A stretch of DNA of 64,000 nt from Sphingomonadales bacterium (GTDB taxonomy: Bacteria > Pseudomonadota > Alphaproteobacteria > Sphingomonadales > Sphingomonadaceae), in NCBI GenBank assembly GCA_038244345.1, contig JBBRTO010000002.1, forward strand, positions 2,949-66,948, read 5' to 3'. Below the pieces are notes generated by a model, which saw only the letters and a list, made by a program, of their open reading frames with translations, had not been told where the DNA came from and did no database searches. Both the position numbers and the translations under genes were made by a program. Shown here piece after piece: positions 18,944 through 29,994 of the stretch (its first letter is position 1; each line of letters begins with the position of its first letter).

Positions 18944-20226
18944 TGGGGCAGGGGGCGACGAAACGGCTGACCAACATCATCGGCGGAAGCGCCGGCAATT
19001 TGGTCGAATGGTTCGATTGGTACGTCTATTCAGCCTTCGCGCTCTATTTCGCACCGGTGTTCTTCCCCAAGGGCGATTCCACCGCGCAATTGCTCGACAC
19101 CGCGGCGGTGTTCGCGGTCGGGTTCGTGATGCGCCCGATCGGCGCCTGGGTGATGGGGATGTACGCTGACCGGCGCGGGCGCAAAGCGGGGCTCACGCTG
19201 TCGGTGTCGCTGATGTGCCTTGGTTCGCTTATGATCGCGCTGGCACCGACCTATGCCGCCGCCGGACTGGCATCGCCGGCGATCCTGATCGCCGCGCGGA
19301 TGATCCAGGGATTGAGCCTGGGCGGCGAATATGGCTCGAGCGCGACGTATTTGAGCGAGATGGCGGGCAAGGAGCGACGCGGTTTCTGGTCGAGCTTCCA
19401 ATATGTCACGCTGATCGCCGGGCAATTGCTCGCATTGGCCTTGCTGCTGGTCCTGCAGTCGCGGCTTGGCGAAGGGGGGATGGAGGCGATCGGCTGGCGG
19501 ATCGCATTCGGGGTCGGGGCGCTGCTGGCGGTGGTGGTCTTCATCATCCGCCGCAACCTCGCCGAGACCGAGAGTTTCGAGAAGGTCGCCGCGGCTTCGG
19601 GCAAACCAATGTCGAGCGGCACCAGCCTGTTTCGCGATCATCCCAGGGAGGCGCTGCTGGTGATGACGCTGACCGCCGGGGGAACGCTCGCCTTCTACGC
19701 CTACACCACCTACATGCAGAAATACCTCGCCAACACCGTCGGGTTCGATCGCGCGGTGGCGTCGCGGATCATGACCGCCGCATTGTTCGCGTTCATGCTG
19801 CTCCAGCCGGTCGGCGGCGCGCTGTCGGACCGGATCGGGCGGCGCCCGGTAATGATCTTTTTCGGCATCGGCGGGGCGCTGCTGACCTACCCGTTGTTCG
19901 TCGCGCTCGAAACCACGACCAGCCCGCTGGCGGCGTTCGGGCTGGTGATGGCGGCGCTGGTGATGGTCACGGGCTACACCTCGATCAACGCGGTGGTGAA
20001 GGCCGAGCTGTTCCCGGCGCATATCCGAGCGCTCGGCGTCGCTCTTCCCTACGCGATCGCCAACACCCTGTTCGGGGGAACAGCCGAATATGTCGCTCTG
20101 TATCTTAAGCAAGCAGGGCATGAGCGCTGGTTCTATATTTACGTGTCGATCGTCATCCTCGGTTCGCTCGTCGCTTATGTGCGGATGCGCGAGACCAAGC
20201 AAACGAGCCTGATCGATGGCAATTGA
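18943..20226 (+). CDS. kgtP: MHS-family MFS transporter, alpha-ketoglutarate permease-like
   Basis: GNLVEWFDWYVY, QGLSLGGEYG, VVKAELFP, FGGTAEYVAL. Confidence 0.8.
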   Translation: MGQGATKRLTNIIGGSAGNLVEWFDWYVYSAFALYFAPVFFPKGDSTAQLLDTAAVFAVGFVMRPIGAWVMGMYADRRGRKAGLTLSVSLMCLGSLMIALAPTYAAAGLASPAILIAARMIQGLSLGGEYGSSATYLSEMAGKERRGFWSSFQYVTLIAGQLLALALLLVLQSRLGEGGMEAIGWRIAFGVGALLAVVVFIIRRNLAETESFEKVAAASGKPMSSGTSLFRDHPREALLVMTLTAGGTLAFYAYTTYMQKYLANTVGFDRAVASRIMTAALFAFMLLQPVGGALSDRIGRRPVMIFFGIGGALLTYPLFVALETTTSPLAAFGLVMAALVMVTGYTSINAVVKAELFPAHIRALGVALPYAIANTLFGGTAEYVALYLKQAGHERWFYIYVSIVILGSLVAYVRMRETKQTSLIDGN

Positions 20227-21616
20227 ACGGATCGACATCGAACGGATCACGGTCGTTGCGTTCGGGCTGATCGTCCCCGCGATCATTGGTAGCTCACTGA
20301 CCATCTTCAACGATGGCGATGTCCACTGGCACATCGCCGCAGGCCAATGGATGATCGACCATCACGCGATCCTGCGGGCCGACCCATTTTCGTTCACGGC
20401 GGCGGGCAAGCCGTGGACTGCGTTCGAATGGGCATCCCAAGCCTTATTCGGCGCCGCGCACCGCAGCGCCGGATTTGCCGGAGTCGCCGCGATCGTCACC
20501 GCCGCGCTGATCGCGTTGCACCTGATCATCGTCGCGCAAGCACGGCGGTGGGTCGGCCCATTGGGGATCGCGATCACCATCATTCTGCTGGACCTGGTGC
20601 TCATTCCGATGACCCTTGCGCGGCCGCATGTGCTGGCCTGGGTGCCGCTCGCCTTCTGGGTCGGGATACTCTTGAGCGCCCGCGAACACGGGAAAACCCC
20701 GCCTTTGATCTTTGCTCTGGTGATGATTGTCTGGGCGAATTTGCACGGCAGTTTCGCGATTGGATTGATCATTGCGGCAGGGTTCGCTCTCGACGCCTGT
20801 ATCGAGGAGAAGTGGCGCTGGCCGGTGGTGCGCGGCTGGTTGATATTCGGGCTAGTCTCGACGGCGGCTGCGGCGGTGACGCCCAACGGGCTCGCCGGGT
20901 TCCTCCACCCGCTGACGGTCGCGCGCATGACCAGTTTGACCCTGATCGTCGAATGGCGGTCGAGCGATTGGGGGCGGACGCCCTTCTTCTTCGTGTCGCT
21001 CGGGGTGGCAGCGGTGCTGATGGCGTGGCGCGGGGTTCGGATACGCCCGGTAATCGCCGGTTTGCTACTTTTCCTCGCGGTGCTCGCGCTTCACCAGATG
21101 CGTCATCAGGCGGTGCTTGCGATTGTCGCGGCGATGATCTTGCCACGAGCCCTCGGTCGGGGCGTGCGACCGGCCTTGTTCGACCCGGCGCATCGAGCGC
21201 GCGTTGTCGCGCTGGGATGCGCCGCGGTTGCGGCGCTGCTGCTGTTTCGGAGCCTGATGCCGCTCGAACCGACCGACAATGGCGCTTACCCCAGGGCGGC
21301 CATCGCGGCGCTTCCGGCGGACTTGCGCAATGCGCCGGGGCTCAATGATTATAGCTTTGGCGGGCCGCTGATCGAGGCGGGTATCAAGCCCTATATCGAC
21401 GGTCGGCAGGACATGTATGGCGACGCGTTCGTGATCGATTACCAACGCATCCTAGATGGAGATCGCGCTGCGTTCGACCGAGCGGCGGCGCGGTACGGTC
21501 TACGCTACACGATGCTCGCCCCGCGCTATCCCAAGCTGATAAGGCGGCTCGATTCAGACCCGGCGTGGGAGCGGATCTACGCCGACAAGGTCGCCGTGAT
21601 CCACCGCCGCCGCTAG
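20216..21616 (+). CDS. Polytopic membrane protein, possible GT-C fold glycosyltransferase
   Basis: DGDVHWHIAAGQW, DPFSFT, WANLHGSF, YIDGRQDMYG; about 10 TM plus soluble C-terminal domain. Confidence 0.6.
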   Translation: MAIERIDIERITVVAFGLIVPAIIGSSLTIFNDGDVHWHIAAGQWMIDHHAILRADPFSFTAAGKPWTAFEWASQALFGAAHRSAGFAGVAAIVTAALIALHLIIVAQARRWVGPLGIAITIILLDLVLIPMTLARPHVLAWVPLAFWVGILLSAREHGKTPPLIFALVMIVWANLHGSFAIGLIIAAGFALDACIEEKWRWPVVRGWLIFGLVSTAAAAVTPNGLAGFLHPLTVARMTSLTLIVEWRSSDWGRTPFFFVSLGVAAVLMAWRGVRIRPVIAGLLLFLAVLALHQMRHQAVLAIVAAMILPRALGRGVRPALFDPAHRARVVALGCAAVAALLLFRSLMPLEPTDNGAYPRAAIAALPADLRNAPGLNDYSFGGPLIEAGIKPYIDGRQDMYGDAFVIDYQRILDGDRAAFDRAAARYGLRYTMLAPRYPKLIRRLDSDPAWERIYADKVAVIHRRR

Positions 21617-22554
21617 CGCTTGAGGAAGCCTTCGAGATCGTCCCGCAAGTCGGGGAGGCTGGCGCTTCCCCAGCCGTTCGACGAGTCGGACCGCCCCGGG
21701 CGACCGCTCTTCAGGTAGGACGGCCGGGTCCATTTATGGGTCGCCACCTCGGGCTTGACCTTGGCCAGCAGAGCGATGTCAAACGGGCTTGCGAAGCGCA
21801 GCCCGACCTGATCGCCGCGCGACCAGCTGACCGTCGCGAAATGCTGCCCCGCGGCGCCCAGGTCGAGCAGCACCTCGGCATCGGGCGGAAAGGCGACGTC
21901 GCTGTCGACCAGCGCGCCGCGCTCCGAAATGTTACGCAGCCTGACCCGGGTCGATTCGTGGCTGAAGTGGATTTCACCCCACCAGATCAGCGGATGGCGA
22001 AGATCGCTACGGCGCTGTTCGCCGGTCGAGGCATCCTTGGCGGGCGCCACGGGCACCTGGTCGACCGCCCTGGCGGGCCTGCTCGCGCTGGGCTTGCCGG
22101 CGTCGGGGAACGAGCGCTTGAGCACGTCGAGCAGCATCGCATCGCGTTTGTGCGCGTCGCCGCCAACCTGCGTTTCGTGCGCAAACTCAAGGCCGATGCG
22201 GTCGCCGCGAATCCAGCGCACGGCGGCCTCGACCGCGTCGCAATTGCCGAGCGTCAGGAATAGTTTCTGCCACATGTCGAGCGTCGCATCGGTGCGGACC
22301 ATCGCGCCGCCACCTGACAGGTTGATCAGCTCGACCGAGTGCGTCTTGCGGCCAATGCGGATAACCGCTTCCTCGGCTTGCAAGCGGTGGCGATCGTCAT
22401 CGCGGTGATTGACGTTGCGGACGACCTCGCGCTCTACGGGGATAGAGCCCAGTCCCTTTTGCTCGGTCGCGCCCGACGGCTTCTTGGTCGGCATGGTCGG
22501 GCCGGACGGGTGCAGTCCGTCACCCTTGTCGAGTGCGGAGCGGAAACTGTTCAT
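21613..22554 (-). CDS. Tandem PilZ domain protein (c-di-GMP binding)
   Basis: RDDDR...NLSGGG and RSDLR...NISERG (RxxxR, D/NxSxxG) twice. Confidence 0.88.
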   Translation of the reverse strand: MNSFRSALDKGDGLHPSGPTMPTKKPSGATEQKGLGSIPVEREVVRNVNHRDDDRHRLQAEEAVIRIGRKTHSVELINLSGGGAMVRTDATLDMWQKLFLTLGNCDAVEAAVRWIRGDRIGLEFAHETQVGGDAHKRDAMLLDVLKRSFPDAGKPSASRPARAVDQVPVAPAKDASTGEQRRSDLRHPLIWWGEIHFSHESTRVRLRNISERGALVDSDVAFPPDAEVLLDLGAAGQHFATVSWSRGDQVGLRFASPFDIALLAKVKPEVATHKWTRPSYLKSGRPGRSDSSNGWGSASLPDLRDDLEGFLKR

Positions 22555-22646
22555 TGATCGAACCTCGCATGCCATGGCTCGGTCACCATGACGCGCGATG
22601 GTTACGAAAGGGCTAATTGCCTCTATTTTCCCGCTGCTTCAAAGAG

Positions 22647-22695
22647 CCCCTCCACCACCTTCGGCGGTTCCCCTCCCCAAGCAAGCTCGGGGAGG
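22647..22695. repeat. REP-like double-hairpin intergenic repeat
   Basis: CCCCTCC-ACCACC/GGCGGT hairpin + CCTCCCCAAGC/GCTCGGGGAGG hairpin just 3' of glnA. Confidence 0.6.
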
Positions 22696-22700
22696 AAAGA

Positions 22701-24113
22701 CTATGAGGAATAATACATGTCGAACTCGACCGGCGACGGAGTGGTCTCCCAGCGCATCACATCGGCCCACTTCAACTCCATGTAGGCGTCGATCTGGTCG
22801 TCGCTGAACACGTCGCCCTTGGTCAAAAAGGCGCGGTCATTGTCGAGGCTGACCAGGGCTTCGCGCAAGCTTCCGCACACCGTCGGCACATTGACCAGCT
22901 CGGCCGGCGGAAGGTCGTACAGATTCTTGTCCATCGCCTCGCCCGGGTGGATCCGGTTCTGGATGCCATCGAGCCCGGCCATCAGCAGCGCCGAATAAGC
23001 CAGATAGGGATTGGCAAGCGCATCGGGGAAGCGGAACTCGATGCGCTTGGCCTTGTCGCCGGCGCCATAGGGAATGCGGCACGAGGCCGAGCGGTTGCGG
23101 CTCGAGTAAGCCAGCAGGACCGGGGCTTCGAACCCGGGGACGAGGCGCTTGTAGCTGTTGGTGGTCGGGTTGGTGAACGCATTCAGGGCGCGGGCGTGCT
23201 TGATCACCCCGCCGATGTAATAGAGCGCCATTTCCGACAGCCCGGCGTAACCATTGCCGGCGAACAACGGCTTGCCGCCCTTCCAGATCGACATGTGAGT
23301 ATGCATGCCGCTGCCATTATCCTTGGCGATCGGCTTGGGCATGAAGGTCGCAGTCTTGCCGTAGGCGTGGGCGACCATGTGGACGACATATTTGTAGACC
23401 TGCATCCGGTCGGCGGTTTCAACCAGTTTGCCGTAGGTCAGGCCGAGCTCGTGCTGAGCAGCGGCGACTTCATGATGATGCTTGTCGCACGGCAGCCCCA
23501 TTTCGAGCATCGTCGAGACCATCTCGGCGCGGATGTCGCCGGCGCTGTCGACCGGGGCGACGGGGAAATAGCCGCCCTTGGCGCGCGGCCGGTGGGCGAG
23601 GTTGCCGCCTTCATATTCTCTGGCAGAATTGCCCGGCAGTTCGATATCGTCGAGCTTGTAGAAACTGGTCGCATAACTGTCCTCGAAGCGGACGTCGTCG
23701 AACATGAAGAATTCGGCTTCGGGCCCGACGAACACGGTGTCGCCGATCCCGGTCGCCTGGAGATAGGCTTCGGCGCGGGTCGCGGTCGAGCGCGGGTCGC
23801 GGCCGTACAGCTCGCCGGTCGACGGCTCGACGATGTTGCACACCACGATCATCATCGGGGTCGCCGAGAAGGGATCGATATAGGTCGCGCCGAGATCCGG
23901 CTTGAGGATCATGTCGCTCTCGTTGATCGCCTTCCAGCCCTCGATCGAGCTGCCGTCGAACATGAAGCCGTCGGTCAGCATGTCCTCGTCGATTGCCGAG
24001 GCGACCATCGAGAGATGCTGCCACTTGCCTTTGGGATCGGTGAAGCGAAGGTCGACCCACTCGATCTCCTGCTCCTCGATCGCCTTCAAAATCTTCGCTG
24101 CTTCGCTCGCCAT
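22701..24113 (-). CDS. glnA: Type I glutamine synthetase
   Basis: [45 protein letters not shown] adenylylation site. Confidence 0.98.
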   Translation of the reverse strand: MASEAAKILKAIEEQEIEWVDLRFTDPKGKWQHLSMVASAIDEDMLTDGFMFDGSSIEGWKAINESDMILKPDLGATYIDPFSATPMMIVVCNIVEPSTGELYGRDPRSTATRAEAYLQATGIGDTVFVGPEAEFFMFDDVRFEDSYATSFYKLDDIELPGNSAREYEGGNLAHRPRAKGGYFPVAPVDSAGDIRAEMVSTMLEMGLPCDKHHHEVAAAQHELGLTYGKLVETADRMQVYKYVVHMVAHAYGKTATFMPKPIAKDNGSGMHTHMSIWKGGKPLFAGNGYAGLSEMALYYIGGVIKHARALNAFTNPTTNSYKRLVPGFEAPVLLAYSSRNRSASCRIPYGAGDKAKRIEFRFPDALANPYLAYSALLMAGLDGIQNRIHPGEAMDKNLYDLPPAELVNVPTVCGSLREALVSLDNDRAFLTKGDVFSDDQIDAYMELKWADVMRWETTPSPVEFDMYYSS

Positions 24114-24141
24114 GCCCGGCTCCATTCGCTGAAGTTGAGAA

Positions 24142-24567
24142 TCAGACGGCCCCCGGACCGCTTTCAAGACAGCGATTTGCGGAAGCGGGGAGGAGAGTCA
24201 CTGGCGGCGTGAACTTTTCACCCGGCGCCGCTCGGAACCGAACAAAGCGAACACTACGTCCCCCTTTGATGGGCTTTTCGCGAGGACGTCGCTCATCCGC
24301 CCACTCCTGCTCATGGATGGTTCGCTGAAGCACGATCGGCGGGCGAACGGGGCGGGCGGTGCCAAGTTCGTCGGCGGTGGCATCTTCCATCAAATGGTGG
24401 ACCGCATCGGCCAGGCTTTGCGACGCGCCATCGGGTGCGCGCTGGCTGATCGCCTGGTCGTGCCATTTGCCGTAGCGCGTCGGTTCGCGATAGCGCATCA
24501 GGAACATTGCCAGGCGATCGTTGAAGAAGCGCCGTTCGCTGACCAGCTCGCCCTTGTAGAATATCAT
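24142..24567 (-). pseudogene. 5'-truncated remnant resembling the C-terminal half of small-terminase-like proteins
   Basis: IFYKGELVSERRFFNDRLAMFLMRYREPTRYG resembles PVFYxGExVG..RxYxDxLLxFLL..PxxY; the expected N-terminal part is absent. Confidence 0.45.
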
Positions 24568-24624
24568 TCGTGCAAATATGTCAGTCAAATGGGCGAGTGC
24601 TGGAGCTGACCGGGGAACAATAGT

Positions 24625-24658
24625 CTAATGTCCGCTTTCCACCCAATGCGGACATTAG
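24625..24658. repeat. Palindromic repeat, copy A
   Basis: CTAATGTCCGC-tttccacccaat-GCGGACATTAG, perfect 11-bp arms. Confidence 0.8.
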
Positions 24659-24755
24659 GCGGCCTCCGAATATGCGTGCCGTGCCTAACCAACTCCTTCC
24701 TCCCGTCCGTTGGGCGAGCCAAGTTTGGAAGATTAAAAGCCGCGCGGAAACGGGC

Positions 24756-24793
24756 AAAAAAAGGGCGCCGGATCAACAAACCCGACGCCCTTT
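24756..24793 (-). terminator. Rho-independent terminator of PEP-CTERM gene
   Basis: Minus strand AAAGGGCGTCGGG-loop-TCCGGCGCCC followed by T7. Confidence 0.8.
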
Positions 24794-24812
24794 ATGTTGA
24801 AGTATTTTTGGA

Positions 24813-25532
24813 TCAGACCAAGCGCAAGGCCACCTTCCGACGTCGGCGCAAAGCCGCACCCATCACACCGAAACCGCCGATCATCATCGCCCAAGAAGCA
24901 GGCTCGGGTACGGCGGGAATAGAATCTGTCGCGGTCAAATAGACGCGGTCGATAACGAAGTCCTTCGCCGGATAACCGTTAGACGTGAAATCGAACCTGA
25001 ACTGGCCAGAAATCGCGGCGATGAACGAGTTGGCGCCGTTGACCGTCTGCCAGGTCGTTACAGGAAGCGCGGATGCCGTGAAGGAAGCAAATGGCAACCC
25101 GGCGATCGAAGCCGTGAACGTAGCGCCGTTCGGGTTGCTGTCGCCATTGGCAGGTTTGTACACGTCGAAGCCGAACGTGTAGCTGGTGCCCGCGAGGAGC
25201 GACACCGTCTGGCTGATCGACTGGGGGTTGGCGAAATCGGAAACAAAGTAGGCACCGTAGCGGCCAGCTGCGTCAGGAGAAGGATTGCCGGCGGCGTTAT
25301 CGGTCGGAATCGCTTCGCCAAAGGCGCCGGTTGGATAGCCGGATGCCTGATTGTAGGCGATCACAACTGGAAGTGCTGAGCCGGTGCCCGAGCTGCTCTC
25401 ACTGTTCGTGAGTGTCCAGCCGGTAAAATCGCCGGTTTCAAAGCTGCCATTGATTAAAAGATTCGTGGTTGCTTGAGCGGCCGACGCCGAAAAAGCTGCG
25501 CTCAAAGCAACCAAAGCGAGTCCGTACTTCAT
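24813..25532 (-). CDS. PEPxxWA-CTERM sorting domain surface protein
   Basis: Signal peptide, NLLINGSFETGDFTGW carbohydrate-binding-like start, VPEPASWAMMIGGFG-TM-RRRRK. Confidence 0.93.
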   Translation of the reverse strand: MKYGLALVALSAAFSASAAQATTNLLINGSFETGDFTGWTLTNSESSSGTGSALPVVIAYNQASGYPTGAFGEAIPTDNAAGNPSPDAAGRYGAYFVSDFANPQSISQTVSLLAGTSYTFGFDVYKPANGDSNPNGATFTASIAGLPFASFTASALPVTTWQTVNGANSFIAAISGQFRFDFTSNGYPAKDFVIDRVYLTATDSIPAVPEPASWAMMIGGFGVMGAALRRRRKVALRLV

Positions 25533-25594
25533 GATTATTCCCCTCTTACACAGACACGTGCAGCACCCTTTGAGTCTGCAGCCATGCGAATCGT

Positions 25595-25610
25595 TTAATC
25601 AATAATTAAC
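25595..25610. promoter_or_regulatory. CtrA consensus binding site
   Basis: TTAA-tcaataa-TTAAC, exact TTAA-N7-TTAAC, 62 nt upstream of the PEP-CTERM start; extra TTAAC half-site adjacent. Confidence 0.6.
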
Positions 25611-25831
25611 ATTAACGCAAGCTAAGACGGTCAGGGACGACGGAGAGCCATATCGGACATTGGTGGGGTGCGGTTGGGCCACGCACGAGTGTCGACAGCC
25701 CCAGCACGTCCCCGACCCTAACCAGAAGCATCTGGCCACCTGACTCAATCCGCGGGTGAATTGCATTTGGTTCGGGTGTGCTGTCTTTATCGTCGAGAGA
25801 TCCGACTCTCGTTCGGAAAGGAACGCCAGCC

Positions 25832-26608
25832 ATGGTCATCCGCCGTATTCGCGAGCATGTCGCCAGCCACAATTGGTTCGCAGTGGCGATCGATCTTGCC
25901 ATCGTCGTGATCGGCGTGTTCCTCGGCACCCAAGTCAGCAACTGGAATCAGGCACGGAACGATCGCGCCGACGCTGCAGCATATCGCGAGCAGATCATCG
26001 CCAATATCAGGGTCAATGAGGCCGACACCGTTGCCAGGATCGCTTATTATCGGCAGGTGCGCGCGCATGCGGTTGCGGCGCTTGGGGCTTTGCGGCAGCC
26101 CGACGAGCCACCGAGCGAACCGTTCCTGATCGACGCTTATCAGGCTTCACAGGTCTGGCTCCGGCCGTTCGAACAAACGGCTTATGAGGAACTGATCTCC
26201 AGCGGCTTGGCGCGGCAGGTGGGGGACACGGCGACGCGCGCAGCATTGTCCGCTTATTATGTATCCGCTCGCGGGTTCGATAATTCCGCGCTGTCGATGA
26301 CAGCCTATCGAGATCGACTGAGGCGGATCATGGATTTTGATGTGCAGGAGCGAATCCGAGCCCGATGCGACGACATCGTTCGCGAACTGCCCGAGGGAAG
26401 CGTCGGCATTTCACTGCCGACCAACTGCAATCTTGGGCTTGACCCTGCGATGGCCGCTCGCGCCGCCGCCGAGCTGCGATCCGCGCCAGAGCTAAAGCAG
26501 GATCTGACCCGGCACATCGGCGACCTCGATCAGAAGCTGGCGCTGTTTGACCGCACATTGCGCGCGGCCCGATCGATCCGCTCAACGTTGGAAAGCACCT
26601 CTCGGTGA
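25832..26608 (+). CDS. Membrane-anchored helical protein (DUF6090-like)
   Basis: HNWFAVAIDLAIVVIGVFLGTQVSNWN N-terminus, AYEELISSG motif; AAGGA RBS. Confidence 0.75.
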   Translation: MVIRRIREHVASHNWFAVAIDLAIVVIGVFLGTQVSNWNQARNDRADAAAYREQIIANIRVNEADTVARIAYYRQVRAHAVAALGALRQPDEPPSEPFLIDAYQASQVWLRPFEQTAYEELISSGLARQVGDTATRAALSAYYVSARGFDNSALSMTAYRDRLRRIMDFDVQERIRARCDDIVRELPEGSVGISLPTNCNLGLDPAMAARAAAELRSAPELKQDLTRHIGDLDQKLALFDRTLRAARSIRSTLESTSR

Positions 26609-26681
26609 TCGGCCAAATCCGCGAGCATGACGCGAGCGACAATCGGTTCGCGGTCGAGATCGGTCCTTGCGAAACGACTCG

Positions 26682-26715
26682 CTAATGTTCGCTTTTGACC
26701 CAAAGCGGACATCAG
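26682..26715. repeat. Palindromic repeat, copy B
   Basis: CTAATGTTCGCTTT-tgaccc-AAAGCGGACATCAG; same orientation and family as copy A. Confidence 0.75.
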
Positions 26716-26723
26716 GATTAGCC

Positions 26724-26933
26724 CTAAAACACCCGACGTTGCGCCGCGATCAGCATGCGCAGCAGCATCGCCACCGGGCGCGGCACGCCGACCTTGCCTT
26801 CGAGCCACAGGCTGACCGTCGATCGGCTGACCCCGATCGCTCCGGCCAAATCGGACTGGGTACGATAGCCGAGGATCCGCATCGCGCTGCGCAATTCGTC
26901 GGGCGACATCGAGGCAAGACGGGGGTCGTCCAC
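26724..26933 (-). CDS. Small XRE-family HTH protein
   Basis: TQSDLAGAIGVSRSTVSLWLEG HTH; GTG start 2 nt after glnB stop. Confidence 0.8.
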   Translation of the reverse strand: MDDPRLASMSPDELRSAMRILGYRTQSDLAGAIGVSRSTVSLWLEGKVGVPRPVAMLLRMLIAAQRRVF

Positions 26934-26935
26934 GC

Positions 26936-28061
<1,126 letters not shown>

Positions 28062-28065
<4 letters not shown>

Positions 28066-28889
28066 TAAGGCGGCTTGTCGAGCCCGCGCGGGCTCTTGGT
28101 GAACACTTCATGCCCCGTCTCGGTGATCCCGATCGAATGTTCGAACTGCGCCGATAGCGATCGGTCGCGGGTGACCGCGGTCCAGCCGTCGTCCAATAAT
28201 TTGCAGTCGGGACGGCCGATGTTGATCATCGGCTCGATGGTGAAGAACATGCCCGGCTTGAGCTCCGGCCCGGTCCCCGGGCGCCCGGCGTGGACCACTT
28301 CTGGGCTGTCGTGGAACAGCCGGCCAAGCCCGTGGCCGCAGAAATCGCGCACCACGCCGTAACGATGCTTTTCGGCGTGGGACTGGATCGCGTGGCTGAT
28401 ATCGCCCAGCCGATTGCCGGGCCTCGCCTGCTCGAGCCCGAGCATCAGGCATTCGTAGGTCACCTCGACCAGTTTGCGTGCCTTCAGCGGCACGTCGCCG
28501 ACGAGGTACATGCGGCTGGTGTCGCCGTGCCAGCCGCCGAGGATCGGGGTGACGTCGATATTGACGATGTCGCCGTCCTTCAATGCCTTGTCCGACGGGA
28601 TTCCGTGGCACACGACATGGTTGATCGAGGTGCAGCAACTTTTGGTGTAACCGCGGTAGCCGAGCGTCGCTGGCACCCCGCCGCCATCGACCGTCATCCG
28701 ATAGACGATGTCGTCGATTTCCTGCGTAGTCACCCCGGGCACCACGTGGGGCACCAACGCGTCGAGAATCTCGGCGGCGAAGCGTCCCGCGTGGCGCATC
28801 CCTTCGAACCCGTCGGGGCCGTGCAGCTTGATGGTGTTCGATCTGGCCTCGGCGCGATCTTCCGGGCCGACAATGATATATTCGGTCAT
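28062..28889 (-). CDS. map: Type I methionyl aminopeptidase
   Basis: SINHVVCHGIP, NIDVT, HGDTSRM, GHGLG, FTIEPMIN, SAQFEHS. Confidence 0.97.
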
Positions 28890-28935
28890 GGCGCCCGATA
28901 TAGGGGCGCGCCGGTCCTAACGCAAAAGGGGCGCC

Positions 28936-29988
28936 TCAACGCAAAAACGGCTCGAGCGGAACGACCTCGACGTCGGACATCTGCCGCATCCACCCCTCAT
29001 ACCAGGGACGGTGCGAGGCGCCGACGATGTTGAGCACGCGGGCGCCTGGATGCTCGGCCATCGCGGCGCGAATGTTGGCCGCCATGCGCAAATTGCGGAC
29101 GTCCCACCAGGCCGCATACATCCGGCCGTAGGGTGCCGCGATCTTGTCCGACAACGCGCCGCCGAAGTCGCCCTGGATCTGCTTGTTCAGCCGAACCGGG
29201 TCGTTGAGGTAGCGGTAGAACGACAGCAGTGATCGTCCATCGACCACCGCTTTCGACCGCGCCTGATAGTCCTTGAGCATCGGATCGTCGCGGAATTTGG
29301 CGAAGCGCGCGGTCAGCGCCGCTTCATAGTCCTTGCCGGCGTGGAGCAGGGCGCCGTCGCTGCTGTGATCATCGACCAGATATAGCCGATCAAGCCCGAG
29401 CCGGGCGGCGAGCATTGCGGCGACATTGTAGCTTTCGTTGAGCTTCTTGCCTTCGCGGTTGAGTGATTTGACCATCTCCGCGTCGAGCCCGTCGGCGGCG
29501 ATTCGATCGGCCGGGGCAAGCCTTAGCCACTGCACCCACGCCGATCCGCGCTCATTCGCGGCGAGCAGGGTCAGCGCCAGCTTGCGGCGGTCGGAGGCGG
29601 TCGGCTTGGCGCCCGGCGCGACAAATCGGGTGAACGTCGCCTCGCTTGCCGCTTCGGCCTCCTGCTGGCTCAAACCGGTTGCCTTCTGCGCGTCGGCAGG
29701 ATCGTTGCAATAGCCGTCCCACGCATCCTTATATTTGGCCGCCCGGTGGAGCATGTCGCATTGCTCGCCCGACAGGTTTTCGACCGTGATGATGGTCGGC
29801 TTGAAGCGGGCGAGGTTGGCGATCAACGGCTCGAGCACCGCCGGCTTCATCGCCTCGAACTCCGACAGATGCGCGCTTCCCAGCGTCAGCACTTGCGTTC
29901 GCTCGCCGGTCACCGGCGGATGGGCGCCGAGCGGCGGGGTGAAGGGCGAGGCGGCGGCGAGCGCAAGCGCGGTCAAGGCGGTGAACAT
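28936..29988 (-). CDS. DUF5694-like secreted protein
   Basis: Signal peptide, VLTLGSAHL, WDVRNLRM, IVGASH (TraB/Tiki-like metal ligands). Confidence 0.75.
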   Translation of the reverse strand: MFTALTALALAAASPFTPPLGAHPPVTGERTQVLTLGSAHLSEFEAMKPAVLEPLIANLARFKPTIITVENLSGEQCDMLHRAAKYKDAWDGYCNDPADAQKATGLSQQEAEAASEATFTRFVAPGAKPTASDRRKLALTLLAANERGSAWVQWLRLAPADRIAADGLDAEMVKSLNREGKKLNESYNVAAMLAARLGLDRLYLVDDHSSDGALLHAGKDYEAALTARFAKFRDDPMLKDYQARSKAVVDGRSLLSFYRYLNDPVRLNKQIQGDFGGALSDKIAAPYGRMYAAWWDVRNLRMAANIRAAMAEHPGARVLNIVGASHRPWYEGWMRQMSDVEVVPLEPFLR

Positions 29989-29994
29989 ACTAAC

